A stretch of 64,000 bases of DNA, taken from contig DF237418.1 in assembly GCA_000708835.1 (NCBI GenBank), positions 9,340 to 73,339 on the forward strand, given 5' to 3'. The notes below the pieces were generated by a model that searched no databases, was not told where the DNA came from, and saw nothing but the letters and a program-made list of their open reading frames with translations. This DNA is from Klebsormidium nitens. Its lineage: Eukaryota; Plantae; Klebsormidiophyceae. The translations under genes were made by a program, and so were the position numbers. Positions 11,218-23,809 of the stretch are shown in pieces (position 1 is the first letter of the stretch; each line of letters begins with the position of its first letter).

Positions 11218-14200
11218 ATGGAGGTCGATGGGGGTATGGAGGTCGACGGGGGGAAAATTGTGCCGGACTTGCCGGCGGCCATGAACAACGATGGCAACCT
11301 GTTCAAGCCGCTAACGGAGAACGTGTACATGCGAGCGGTGGAGGAGCTCAGGAGGGAGGGCAAGGTCAGATTAAACTCGTCTATAAAGTGGTTGAGGTAT
11401 CGCATTAAGGTTTTTGAGCAGTCAATTGTGCTCAGGAGGGGGCACTGTGCGCGAAGTTGTACGCTTTGCAGTTTCAGGGACTTGGACTTGGAAGCTAGAA
11501 ACTCTGTGGGGTCAAGCTGTGCTTGTTGAATGCTGGCCTTTGGGGAGCAGGATCTGTCAAGGTCTGTAGATTATCAATGTAACTAGCTTCTGGGCATACT
11601 TGGCACTTCACAGCTTGCTGAAAGTGATATCCACTTGACGATCTCCCGAGCTCTGATCTTTTGCAACGCTTCCTCTGAAGTAGCGCTTTTGAATAGATTT
11701 GGTTCTGTTGCTTGGAAGTGTACGGTAACGCAAGCAAAGCATTGTCAAAGAAGGGTCCGCAAGACTCAATACTTGTTGACAGGTCACGCCGTAATTCCGC
11801 GTCAAGTGATTCAAAACTCTTCGAAACTAGTCTCGATTGCAAAAACGAACGTCACCTTCATGTGCTCGTGCAAGCCATATATTCGTCTCCAAGATCAGCT
11901 CTTCCTCTCTCCCTTTACTGTACCAAACAGAAAACACCCAGAGATCTGGTAATTCAATGAAACCTTGCACTTTGAAAAGCCCTTTCTGGTGTTGCAGATT
12001 CGCACTTATCCAGACAGGTTGCCTCTGCCTTCGAAGAAAGGGGCTTTCCAAATAGAGAGTTTGACCCTGCAATCCCTTCGGCCATGGTCCTGCTACAGCT
12101 TTCGTATATGCTTCTGGGACAGAGGTTGGGAACTTTGCCCTCGGATTGTGCGACGGAGCTTCACGCTGATTAAGTGAACGTTTCTGCACTTGCAGATTGC
12201 TCCCTCCACATTCCTCTACGACCCAAATGACTACCTAAAGCACGTCTTCACATTCTCAGGTAAGTTTTCTTATCCAAGGCTTCGAACCTCTTGCTATTCA
12301 TTGGTTACTGCTTGGGACTCACCCCTCTATCTTTGTTCTAAGTACAAAGCACGCATAAATCTCGTACTGCCTGATCTATTTATGTAGCCAACAGAAGCCG
12401 TCCTGTTGGTTGAAGGACCGCATTTGAAAGCTCACACCATCTGGTTGACGTAGAAGTTCAGGACGCTGATGTTTTATCAAGGTTTGCTGGTGGTTTAAAG
12501 CACAAATCCCCTCTTTGCTGATGAATCCCCTTCTGCTGGAACCTGTCCGCCTCTGATCGTAAGCACACGGTTGCTGAAAGTCGAAACGACTGTGGCGGGT
12601 CTCTGGTCGTTTCGAAGTCGGATTCGGAGTGGAAAAGATCGAAAGAAGGCAGAGACGAGCATGAGGAGCGAAACGAAGCTGGCCTCTCCAGTAGCCTCTG
12701 AACAGAGTTGCGGTCCTTGAGGGTCGTTTCATGAGCGCCTTTCTGGTTCTCCAGAATTGGACGATTATGTAACGTTATCAGAAATGTGACCTGATTAGCA
12801 AAGTGCTATCTTTCATTAGCTCTGACTGAAACGGTCTGAACCGGTGCTTCGCAAGTTCTGAGGTCAGAACGGTGAGGTTGGGGCTTGAAATCACTTTGGA
12901 ATCTACACCTTAAAGCTTCCACCCTTCGTGTGCCGATTCGATCCTGCCTGTTGCGTTATGCCCTCAAGATATGCTGAAAAAGTTATCCACCGCTTTTGAT
13001 CCGGTTCAATCTTCCGTAACTCAACATTCCGCACAACTTCTATCTTGCTATTAATTCATGCGGGAGGGCCTTCAGGGTAGTTTCACGAGCGCCTTGTGTA
13101 GTGGTTTACTTAGTCGAGCCAAGACTTGAGAAACCAGATCCAGGCATCATCTTTTGTCCGTTATCTTTTCCAGGCACCCTTTTCAAAGCGTTCTCTACAA
13201 GCAGTCTTTTCTGACTCCCATCGTTATCAGGTTCGACAACCGAGGCTTTCAAGCATGGGGGTGCTGTGACCATACTGACCTGTATATTCAGCTACTTTCA
13301 TTTCAAAGCACCGGCCTGCTCTTCCAGATTCTCCACGAGCAACAAACTAGAAAACCCTCTGAGGCTCAGGAATGAAATTTCAACAGGTACTGCTTGTAGG
13401 CACGGGCGCTCTTTCCAGCTTCTCACCAGTTTGAAAGTTCAAAGAGGTACTTGGATGGAACAGTTGGACGTTGGCGGGAGCGGATTGCATTCTTGGGAAA
13501 CCGGGTTGTGGTGGTTGCAAGCTTTGAAAGCTTCAGCATCAGCCTGACCCTTTGCCTCCGACATTTGTACCAGGCACTGTCTTAAAGATGTGGTTCACAA
13601 GAGCCTTCGTCTGCTTCCATTCTATCAAACTTCTCATCCGACTCCGTAATCGTGAAAACACTTCATAGCTTCTGCGTTCCAGGCACGGGCCGCTCACTTC
13701 AAATCCCAACATCATCCAGAACAAGCTGTCGTGTTTGCAAGTTGTCAAGGCTTCAGCTTCAGTCTCACCCTTTGCCTCTGTTGTTCGTCCCAGGCACCGT
13801 GCTGAAGATGTGTTTCACCAGCGCCTTCTTCTGGTTCCTAATGGTCGTCAACATTGTTGTCTCGATCATCTACTACTCGGTCAAGTTCAACCACGAGAAC
13901 TTCGACGGCGCCTTTGAGACGGGGCGCTTCCCCTACATCAGCAACTACATCTACAACGTCCTCGGAGGCATGGTCTCTTTCATGCTCGTCTTTCACGCAA
14001 GCGACTGCTATGCGAGGTAGGTTTAAACTGTTCGTCCGTTCTTGCTTTTCGATTGCTCTGAAAGACGATGAAGCGAAGAGAAGAGCAAACATGTTGCACC
14101 AACCTGCTTGAGAGAGTTTGTGCTTTTTAGGCGCTCGTGCGGGACGAACTTGACAATCACTCGATGCAAACTCTCTGATCTTCGTTTTGCTTTTCAGTAA

Positions 14201-17200
14201 ATCTTATTTCTTACCTCACGCTTGATATATTCCTCAAGCTAGGTTTTCCCCCTACTCATAAAGTCCCCCAGCCAAGTTCCTGGAGACTGTTTCTTAAGAA
14301 ACATGCAGCGAAATTTGATAGCAACTACACGAAAGCCTGCCGGCATTGCAGACCATTCGCTTCGATCCACATTCTCAGATTGCGTAAAAGGTGGAGACGA
14401 CAAAGCGCTGGCGAAACATCAGAAGTCTACATGTCTCCTCCAAGCAAGATCGGGCGCCTTACTTTGGCCAATTCCACCAGTCGCTCAACCCTTTCCTCTT
14501 CGAGGGAGAGAACGAGCCGGTTGGAATTGAAAAGCGAAAAGGAACTGGTCGAATATAATCCATAGCGAGAGGACAGTGACACTCGACAGAAAGAATATTG
14601 TCCTCGGACCTTCAGTCGTGTTCGCGGAATCGTCCTCGCCAGCCTCCTTCGCAGACCCAACCTGTGAATAGCTTCCCAGACGTCAGCAGGGATCTGAGCT
14701 ACGTCACTATCCACCGCGCCTCCGGTGACGTCAGCGGTGTCTTCTCTCAGGTTCTTCCAGCAGTACGGCACCGTGCGCGCTGTCGAGATCAACATCAACA
14801 ACGTGCTGACCTGCTGCGTGCCCACCGATTTCGTACGCCTTCGCTGACGTCAGCGCTCTCTCCCCTACAGTACGCACATATTCGCACCTTTTTGCTGACG
14901 TCAGGGTCTCTCCCCTCAGGTTCTTCCAGCAGTACGGCACCGTTCGTGCGGTCGAGATCAACATCAACAACGTGCTGAACCTGCTGCGCACGCACCTGCC
15001 GGACGACGCCTTCGAGGGCGCCGGCGACCTGCGCACTACCGTCGCCAAGTGGGTGGTCGCCCAGATGTACCTCGGCTTCGGCTGGCTCCCCACGTACCGG
15101 GAGAACCAGGTCAGCGCGACTCAACACTCTAGCATTGTGTTGAAAACGCAGTTATCCTTATTGTACTTCGGACGGCCTAGTCTGGTGTGTGCCGGTCAAA
15201 GCATTGTTGGCACGGAGTCTTGACGTGACTTTCAGGTGTGCTGAGCTCTTCTCAACGTGGCGTACACTTGACCTGGGCTTTCCGCGCTGACTGTTTCCTG
15301 AGCCCTAACACATGCTTCTTCGCCTCGCGGCTGAACACCTTACGAGAGTCGCAAACGACCAGATTGCATGCATCGTTAAGCTGACTGGTTTGATTGGTTG
15401 AGCGGTAAAGCATCCGTCAGGGGCATCAGGTTGAGCGGTAACGAAGCGGGATTTTTTGTTCTTAACAAGTATTGAAAGGACTCCTTTCAACTCTCGTCTG
15501 GTTTCCTCTGCTCCAGGTCGACGAGTGGGCGTGGGAGCGGGTGAACGAGTACGGCCTTATCGGTCTGTATGAGAAGCAGCACCTCATGGCACTCCCGGTC
15601 GGCGAGTACCCTATCACTGAGGTGAGGGTCTTGCATACACTTTCCGACCAAGTTTGGGATAGGGGCGTGCATCCAATCATGAATTCAACACTCCTCGTCA
15701 CAACCAACCGATCGGAAGCATCAGCTTACCTTCGCTGGAACACAGTTCTGAAGTAAACATCTTTTGACGCAGATTGCAACGAGCTGCACGCAGCTGCTCT
15801 TAGGCTTGGAGTATTCCCGTGAAAGTACCACTGCTGGATTCGGATCAAGCGGATTGGAAGTGGTATTATTGCTGACTGGATTCACATCAAGGTTGGGATG
15901 CGGTCCTGACTTCAGCGCTTTTTGACGCAGATCACGAGTGCTGCACGCAGCTGCTCTTCAAGTTCGTGCGCATTATCCAACCGTTCACAAACCCTGATTG
16001 CGTGAAGTTTCTTACGAGTCGGAACAGGGTTCTAACTTAAGCCGCGTTTTTGACCCAGATCACGACGAACCGCACGCAGCTGCTGTTCAAGTTGTTGCGC
16101 ATGGGCGCTTGCCCCCAACACTTCAGTACCATCCCCTGATTTAGTAAACTTTCTTACGAGTCGGACAGGGTTCTGACTTTTCTCCGTCTCTGACCCAGAT
16201 TACGACGAGCTGCACGCAGCTGCTCTTCAAGTTCGTGCGCATGGGCAAGCTGGACGGCGGCATTGCTGGCGAGATCGGGGCGGAGATCTCGGGCATCGAG
16301 AACAACTTCCTCACGCTCTACGCCACCACCGAGCAACCGGTAAGCCCCGCCAATTGGTTGAGAGAATGCTCAGTTTGCAGACCTTTGAAGTTTTAGGAAA
16401 GCCGAAATGAGTCACAATTGACGTTTATAAGATTGGGGCCGAGATCTTGGGCATCGAGAACAACTTCCTGACGCTCTACGCCACCACCGAGCAACCGGTA
16501 AGCCCCGTAGGTGACTGGGAAATGCGCAGTGCGGAAACGAAACATATCAGAGTCCTGGGTCGCAATAACCGCTTCCGAGTGTTGGGCTAAGACAACCGTT
16601 CCGCTTTGTGTGACCACCGAGCACCAGGTGGGCGGCATCAAGATGTAGTTCGCTTTCAACGTTCAGACCATGGACGCTTCCGCATGTTCAAGAGAACCGG
16701 GGATCTTAAACAACCTTCTCTTCTATCACAGCGGAACAGCCGGTGCCGCCGAAGCCTCGATATCTTCACCCAGAATTCCGAGCCCTATAACCAGATCCTA
16801 CGAAACCCTAAAGCTTCGATATCTCTTTTGCCAAGGGCCCTAAATCTGTGGGGATCCCCCCGCAGGTGCCGTTTGCGATATACCATTACTAACGTTCATC
16901 AACATTACTTGGTTGCTCCGGTGCGCGTACCAGTCTTCACGAAAGACTGCAAGCCCTAAAACAAGAATTTGAAGCTTCAAAACCCTCGGAAAAGCGAAGA
17001 GCGCTTAGTCCTAAGGATCCCCTCGCAGGTGCCGTTTGCGATGTACCACTACATCACGTTCATCAACAACACGTGGCTGCTCCTGTGCGCGTACCAGTGG
17101 GTCTTCTACTCGTACTACTGGGGCATCATCGCGTTCTTCCTCAACGCGCTCGCCTTCCAGGGCCTGCGCGAGCTGTCCAACAATCTGGCGGAGCCCTTCG

Positions 17201-17924
17201 GCAATGATGACACCGACATCCCCGGTAGGTTTCCTTGGTTTATCATTTGTTTTGGGATTGGGAGAAATGTTTGAAGATTTGGAGCTTTTTGCTGGTGACA
17301 GCCCTGCGCGAGCTGTCCAACAACCTGGCGGAGCCCTTCGGCAACGATGACACCGATATTCCCGGTAGGATTTCTTGGTTCATCATTTGTTTTGGGATTG
17401 TGAGAAATGTTTGAAGATCTGGAGCTTCTTGCTAGTTAGCCCTGCATGAGCTGTCCAACAACCTGGCGGAGCCCTTCGGCAATGATGACACCGACATTCC
17501 CGGTAGGATTCCTTGGCATTCACGGTTGTTTTTTCAATTTGTGGATGCAAACAATCGAAAAGAGTGGGGGGCCTGCGGCGGCTGTCCGGCGCTTTGGGCG
17601 AGCGCTTCGAAAGGAGAATCGGAAGTGCCCCGGCTCCGAACGCTCCGGTTCAGGGCGTCTGAGACACTGACTTTCTCGGGAGTCTTGGGAGGTTGTCCAG
17701 CAACCCAGGCGATGCAACTTCGTCGTCGCTAACGATGCAATGAATCTCCATATTAATACAGTTTTCAAGTTCGTTCGTCGAATGCTGACCACGGATTCCT
17801 TCTGCGTGCAGTTTTCGATTTCGTTGTCAAATGGCACACCCGAGTGGACAACTTCATCCACATGCCGGTCAGGCTCGGCAAGGAGTTGTCAGCCAAGCAT
17901 CTCGACGCCGCTCCTACTGCATAA
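11218..17924 (+). CDS. Divergent bestrophin/UPF0187-family anion channel; exons 11218-11364, 12196-12259, 13794-14016, 14920-15109, 15517-15621, 16199-16339, 17029-17224, 17812-17924
   Basis: Phase-consistent GT-AG model. Motifs: YDPNDYLKHVFTFSGTVL, two N-terminal TMs, SFMLVFHASDCYAR, QPVPFAMYHY, a C-terminal TM pair and LRELSNNLAEPFGNDDTDIP (bestrophin EPFG.D..D motif). The start codon choice and last exon are less certain. Confidence 0.85.
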
Positions 17925-19679
17925 TAGAGCAAAAGGTGACGTCATCGCCGTTCCAAATGTAGGGGATTAGACTTGGTTGAGTGGAGCTTCAGAAGAGTCG
18001 ATACGTTGAAGTTAAGCGAGACTTCTGGGCATGTTTTCGAGGTCTTGAGCGCCGTACCAAGTAACGCTTTCCTGAACCTCGTACGGTACGTGCGTCACAA
18101 TAAGTGCTTACTCATAGACGGTGCATACATTGTTCTGGTCTAAGTACAGGTCCTCCTTAGTCAGAAACACTCCAGGAAGTCGCTTCAGGTCAAGACGAAG
18201 TTACACAGTTGTAGGAGTTACGGTAGAACCTTCATGATGGACGCGTGCTTTGAAGGGGTTTTACAGATTGAAGCTTGATCGATCTTCCATGGGCGTCATG
18301 CATAGCAACACATGTAATGATCGAGTCCCACTTCAACACGGCTTAAGTCTGAGTCAAGCTTTGCAACCGCGTACCTGATCTTGACCTTCGTGCATCATTG
18401 CTTCGAGCGGATGCAATTAAGCATGACCAGGGCGGCTTTTCTCGGCCATGTTCATCCAAGCAACAGCTACATTATCATTGACGACTTGACATTACAAATT
18501 CACTGTGGCGAATGACCATTACATTATGAATGCAAGCTAGGTGACTCTAAGAGAAAACGTTGATATCACGCCATGTGGAGTATAGACATTGAGTCCCCGG
18601 CCGCCGCTCAGACAGCTAGATGCAAGTATATACCGTACAATACGAATAGCAGAGCTCCGAATCCGACAAGCACAGAACCATTCAGATCTTGCATCTGATG
18701 CATCAAACTTTTCGAGATTCTCAGTACTGCAAATAATCCAGATTAGGTCACATGCTAGCATGTCGTTCGTAGATTGACTATCTACCGTCCACTTGGACTT
18801 TATGCAACTGACGCAAGGTATCATGTTGTATACCAGGCTTACATCGACTGGATGCACGTGTCGCGTCAACTTGATTCAACTGTCACAGTTGGGCCCCATG
18901 CTCTAAATTGACTAGCACGGGCTTGCTACACTGTCCATACTGACGTCATTGCGCACCACGATTGCGACCGCACAGGGGATGTTCTTCAGTGCATGGATGT
19001 TAGAGTCACAACGGATAGTGCGCTACTTCGTACTTCTGCTCAAGCAATAGACGAGTGCTCCCTCATTTAGAAAGTTCGAGGTCTAGAGAGCATAGTTTGA
19101 AAGTGCCCGGGAGTCCATTCTCATATCGATCAAGCGGGTTCGTGCTTTTTTTCAGTTCCGTTTTCGCAGTGGGTATAGAGCCACCGCTACCGCTGTAATC
19201 AAGGATCCTACAGAAAGAAGACAAGACTCATAAGCCACAGAAACATCCCTAACCCCTCGCTACGGGCGTTGAAAGATAGGTCCCTCTTTGAGGACCAAAA
19301 GGCTGCTAGGCACACTTAGTATATAGACTTTCTCGGACTTTACCGTGCATCATTGGCAGCAACTCTGGAAAAGGCTATCTAGCAACCTTTGACGACCGAA
19401 ACGCGAGACGGAATCGGGAGCGGACAGACTACAGCACACGTTATTGAAGCTGCTCACAGAGCGCTAGTTAAGCACACTTTGAAAAAACTAGGTCGGCTTG
19501 TCACCGCTCAGCGAGCACACTCCGGCATCTAGAGTCGACCAAACAAGAGATATCAGCCAAGAAAGCTTGCTCCAAGCAAAACGGACACGGAAGAGGCGAA
19601 GGTGGAGGCAAAGGCAGGTAAGAGGGGTCGAAGAGCGCGTTGCTTGAAGAAGCGCCAAACGGAATAATGTCAGGCTTAC

Positions 19680-22600
19680 GTCAGGCTGCCCGGATCGAAG
19701 ACCAGAGCGCGCACGGTTTCTGGGGCTCGTAGCGCCACCGCTACGAGCGCCGCTAGACTCGAGGCGTGCGAAACCTGAGGAAAGAGCAGATGCGTGAGTA
19801 TGCAAGTGGTTCGTTTCCCATAACGTCGCCGTCTTCCAGGTTCTCCGAACCCTTTCGAGTCGATCAGAGTGCCAAAAGAACTGTAGATGATTTGAACATT
19901 TGAATTTGGTCAGTGAGCTTTTTGTTGAGATTCTCAGGCAGGACGTGGTCAAGAAGGCCTGCAAGACTTGGCTGGAACCCAGAGAAAAGAACCACATTCC
20001 GTTCGACGCGCCTCCCAAGGTCTTGCGTTGACCAGAATGTGCTAGACTTCCTTTTCTTCCAGCTAGCGCTGAGTGTGTCCGGATCTACAAGCCTTTGCCC
20101 CACCGCTTCTGAAGCACGAAATGGTCAAGGATAGCGTTTCCACCGACTGCAACGACTTACGAGAGAGCCCTAGCCTTTCGGCGTTCGCAAACGCTAGCGT
20201 TTTCCGCCGACGAAAATATTGTTTTTGCGGTTGCTAAGACGAAAGGGACTTCCTTGCAAGGGTAGTGTGAAAGCGGTTTTGCTGCGCACTTGACCGTGCT
20301 GTCAAGGTTGTCGAGCAAATGGGAGACCTCGTCAGTTGCGCCTCCCAGGTATCAATGACAAACCGTAACCTTCCCATTGAGCTAGGCCGTCAAGTTGGTG
20401 TGCAGAAGTGCAATGCGTCTTCAGGACTGGAGGCCTAGAAGCTGGTCATCATGACTTTGCAACTAGTAACAAAACTGATCCTCACTGACTCAGATATGCT
20501 GGAAGCTCTGTCACAGCGTCAGGTGTGAACGGGCTCGATGACCGCGGAATGCAGAAAGTCCTGACTACTCACCACTAGGATGTCCTCTCGGTCTTTTGCC
20601 GGGTCAAGGTAAACCCCGCCTAAACCTTCCGTCAGCTCCGTGCTCCAGTTGATGGTGCAGACCTGAGAAGGCGCGGTTATCACGTTGAGGTCTCTTCTAA
20701 CATCCAAGCAAGCATAGCTGTTTTAAAATACGGAATGGCTAAAGTTACGACAGTTCAAGGGGCAACTGCTCAAACACCTGGAGTGGAAATCTCGACTTCG
20801 AAACTGCCAAGCCTCTTGAGTAACGGCTTTGATTTCCAGAAACGACGATTCTAGGATGGTCAGGCGCCAGTCTTAGTTAAAGCACGACTTGATACGGTCA
20901 ATTTCCCCTGAAATTGCGATTCCCTTGTTGCGAGCTGTCTGATTAGAAGCGCTTAGTTTTGAAACGACCAGTTCCCTTGAAATAGGCCCAGCTAGCTCTT
21001 GACCTGCCGCTGCTTCAACGTTGTTAGAGCGTACGACCAACGAGCGGGAACTCCTCTGAAAAAGGACTCAAACACCACTTTGTCGTCTTATGATACATCC
21101 AACAGTCGAGATGTTAGGCGTCCCAAAAGGTTTATTCTTCAAATATAAGCCCGTCCGAAGCATGGAGCCATCGTGTCAAAGTAAAGTGACTGAGCATTTA
21201 TCATTGCTTATTTCATCTCATGATAAAGAACACTAAGATGGTCCCTCACGAACGAAAGACCCGAAACTCCGGTTACGGACCTCACCTCTGTCAGGAATTC
21301 CTTGGCCTCAGTGAGTAGGCGGCCCTCTGCGCTGCACAGAACTTGAAGGCTGTGAGTTTCGGACGTCCTCGCTTGATAAGACACTCGGACGGCCAGGCTG
21401 ATTTTGAAGTCGGACAGGTCCATTCCGAACGCCTTTCGATTTGGACGCTCCTAAGCTGTGGTTTAATCTAAGTTGCCAGTCTCCCAAGCCTTTTCGAACT
21501 GGGAACGAATCTTTGGGACGTATACTCGACAGCGACGATGAAAACAATTCCGGCCTCGTCACACAAATCTCGCGCGTTCAGGATTCTTTACTGTCTTTTG
21601 ACGTCATCTCTAACGACGCCTTCTGTTTTCGGCGCCTCCGATTCTTTGTCTGGAATCAGAAGCAGTAACTGTTGCACCCTTTCCCTCGCCTATGCCAGAT
21701 ATTCTATGATGCGGACGATTTATTCTGTCTTCGTAATAGGTCCGTTCGAGGGCATTTGAGATAGCTGTGGAAAGCTCAGTCTCTTTGGGATCTGATCTCT
21801 TTGGCGCAGCATTTGCTTCCATGTATTAAACTTGCTAGGAAAGTCCCTTGCGTCCTGACTCCGGGAAAAGAGGATCCTCAACAGATTTGCGAGACACTTC
21901 CATTGTGCAGTCAAGCTCTGAAGATGTCCAAACGCTTGGTAAAAGCATTCGCCAACCAACCTGGTGTCCCAATGAGGCGCTGCCACCTCAGCACCTGGGG
22001 ATGACGTGGCACTGGTTCCGGAAGAGCCTCCTAGACCTTGGAGAGTCGCCCGCGGCCGTACTTTCCTTGCACAGAAAGTGAGGTGTCAAATAGGCGGATC
22101 TTCACGATAAGACTTGACGGAAACCGCGGGAGTCTGCAAATCTCTTATCAGCTCGAAACTTGGAAGGAGGGAAGCAGTAGGCAAACTTCCGTTTGCAGGT
22201 TCGGATATTTGGAAGGCTCAAAAATGCGGGTCGTGCTTGTTCTGTAACGTGGGGGGATGTGCTCATCGGCCAATTGTTTCACAAGCTATTTGGACTTCTG
22301 CAAGACAGAACGGCCCCAGACGTGCGATTCCGTTAGATCCTGCTCAGAAACTAGCTTGCGAGCAGCTGTTTGGAGCCGAACGCATCGTCAGTAAACGTCC
22401 TGCGGTGTTTCCAAGGCGCCTTGGAGCGCCACACGTTGTGGCCACATCGTGCACAAAGAGACTGGCTTGAAGCAGCTTCCTTTCCAAGCAATTGAAGCTG
22501 AACGTTATGTTGAATTCTGCTCTTACGGGTGACCAGATCTTTCCCAGGCCAATTGGGGATGACAAGTGTAGAATCAGAGTCGAAGCAGAAATTGAAAAGA

Positions 22601-23809
22601 GAAATACGAACCTGCACGTAAGAAGAACGAATCTTCAAAAGCTAAGGAACTAACCTCACCTGAAATAGGGAGGTCCCCCCCGCTTCTCCCACATAATGTC
22701 GGCGGTCTCTTCCACAGCCGCCTCGGGGCTGCAGAATGCTGCCTGGAAGTTGAAACGCTCACACATGGAACGCGCCCGTTCCACCTGCTCTCGACCGCGC
22801 TGAGTCAGCGTCGAGCTTTTGGCAGGTCCCGATGCATCAGACGCATCCAACCTGATGAACAAAGTGGTATCATCAGAAACTTCTTCAAAGCAAAGAGGGC
22901 CTTATGTGAAGACTGACAGAATGTGAACTGGGACCAGACCATCGTGCCCCTGACCCGCCCATCTTTTTAAAGTGTGAGGTATTGTGAAAAATAATCCAAG
23001 AATAAAAGCCAGGGTCATTGAAGGCCAGGTAACTCATGTATGGAACTCTTCCTTTAAATAATCAGAACTGCACGGTCTTGTCTTGAAAAAAAGTTGCCGT
23101 CACTTGGGCAAAGTTTACTTGGACACAATCTTGAAGATTGATCGACCTCTCCTGGCCACAAGACAGCCTCTATCTTGAAGCAGGAGATACTTTAGGGACC
23201 ATTTAGAAAACATTTGGTTTTTAAAACATTCAGACGACTCAAAAGCAAGTGGATGTACATGAGAGAGGTCCATCACCCTTTCAACATTTTGGGAAGGAAG
23301 CAGAGACCTCCAAGATAGTATTTTAAAGTGCTACTTCGCTTCACGCTTTGGCCAAGTCAGCGCCCCCTTGCTATGTTCCCCTTACATAGGCTGAAGTAGG
23401 TGAGAACTGATTCGACCTTCCTTACAGATGCTTATTTGAGCTTAAAGACCCTCACTAAAGATGTACCAACATTCGATCAAAGATAAAGAGCGACTCACTC
23501 CTCCATGCTATGCTCCGCACACCTCATCAGAACTATCCGCTTCGGCCGCACAATTTCATTGACATCGAATTCGACCTCCTCTTCATACCAGAACTCGCTA
23601 CTCGCTCGAATTCCCTTTGGTTTATGCCAATCACGGAGGGGCGCTCTCGAAGATCGTAATGCGTGGACTATCAATTGTCCCGAGAATGTTGACCTAAGAT
23701 GACAAGGAAGTTGCGACGGCACAGGCTTGATTGGCCTCCGAGGATTCCAATGCAGCGTGTCTTTTGCTAAGAGTGACCAAGCATGGTTGTGCACTGCGCT
23801 TGATTGCAT
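19680..23809 (-). CDS. Histidine phosphatase / phosphoglycerate-mutase-fold protein with degenerate active-site motif and probable plastid transit peptide. Partial model: exons 23809-23499, 22851-22660, [middle exon(s) uncertain, candidate near 21335-21288], 20662-20573, 19774-19680; last exon not found
   Basis: Spliced KRIVLMRCAEHSMEE|LDASD...STLTQRGREQVERAR..FNFQAAFCSPEAAVEETADIMW...EDILV|VSHASSLAALVAVAL...LVFDPGSL follows the PGM-family order of motifs (RHG, LT..G..Q, SP...ETA, VSH). The N-terminus is S/R/P-rich and ends in IRAS. Confidence 0.68.
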
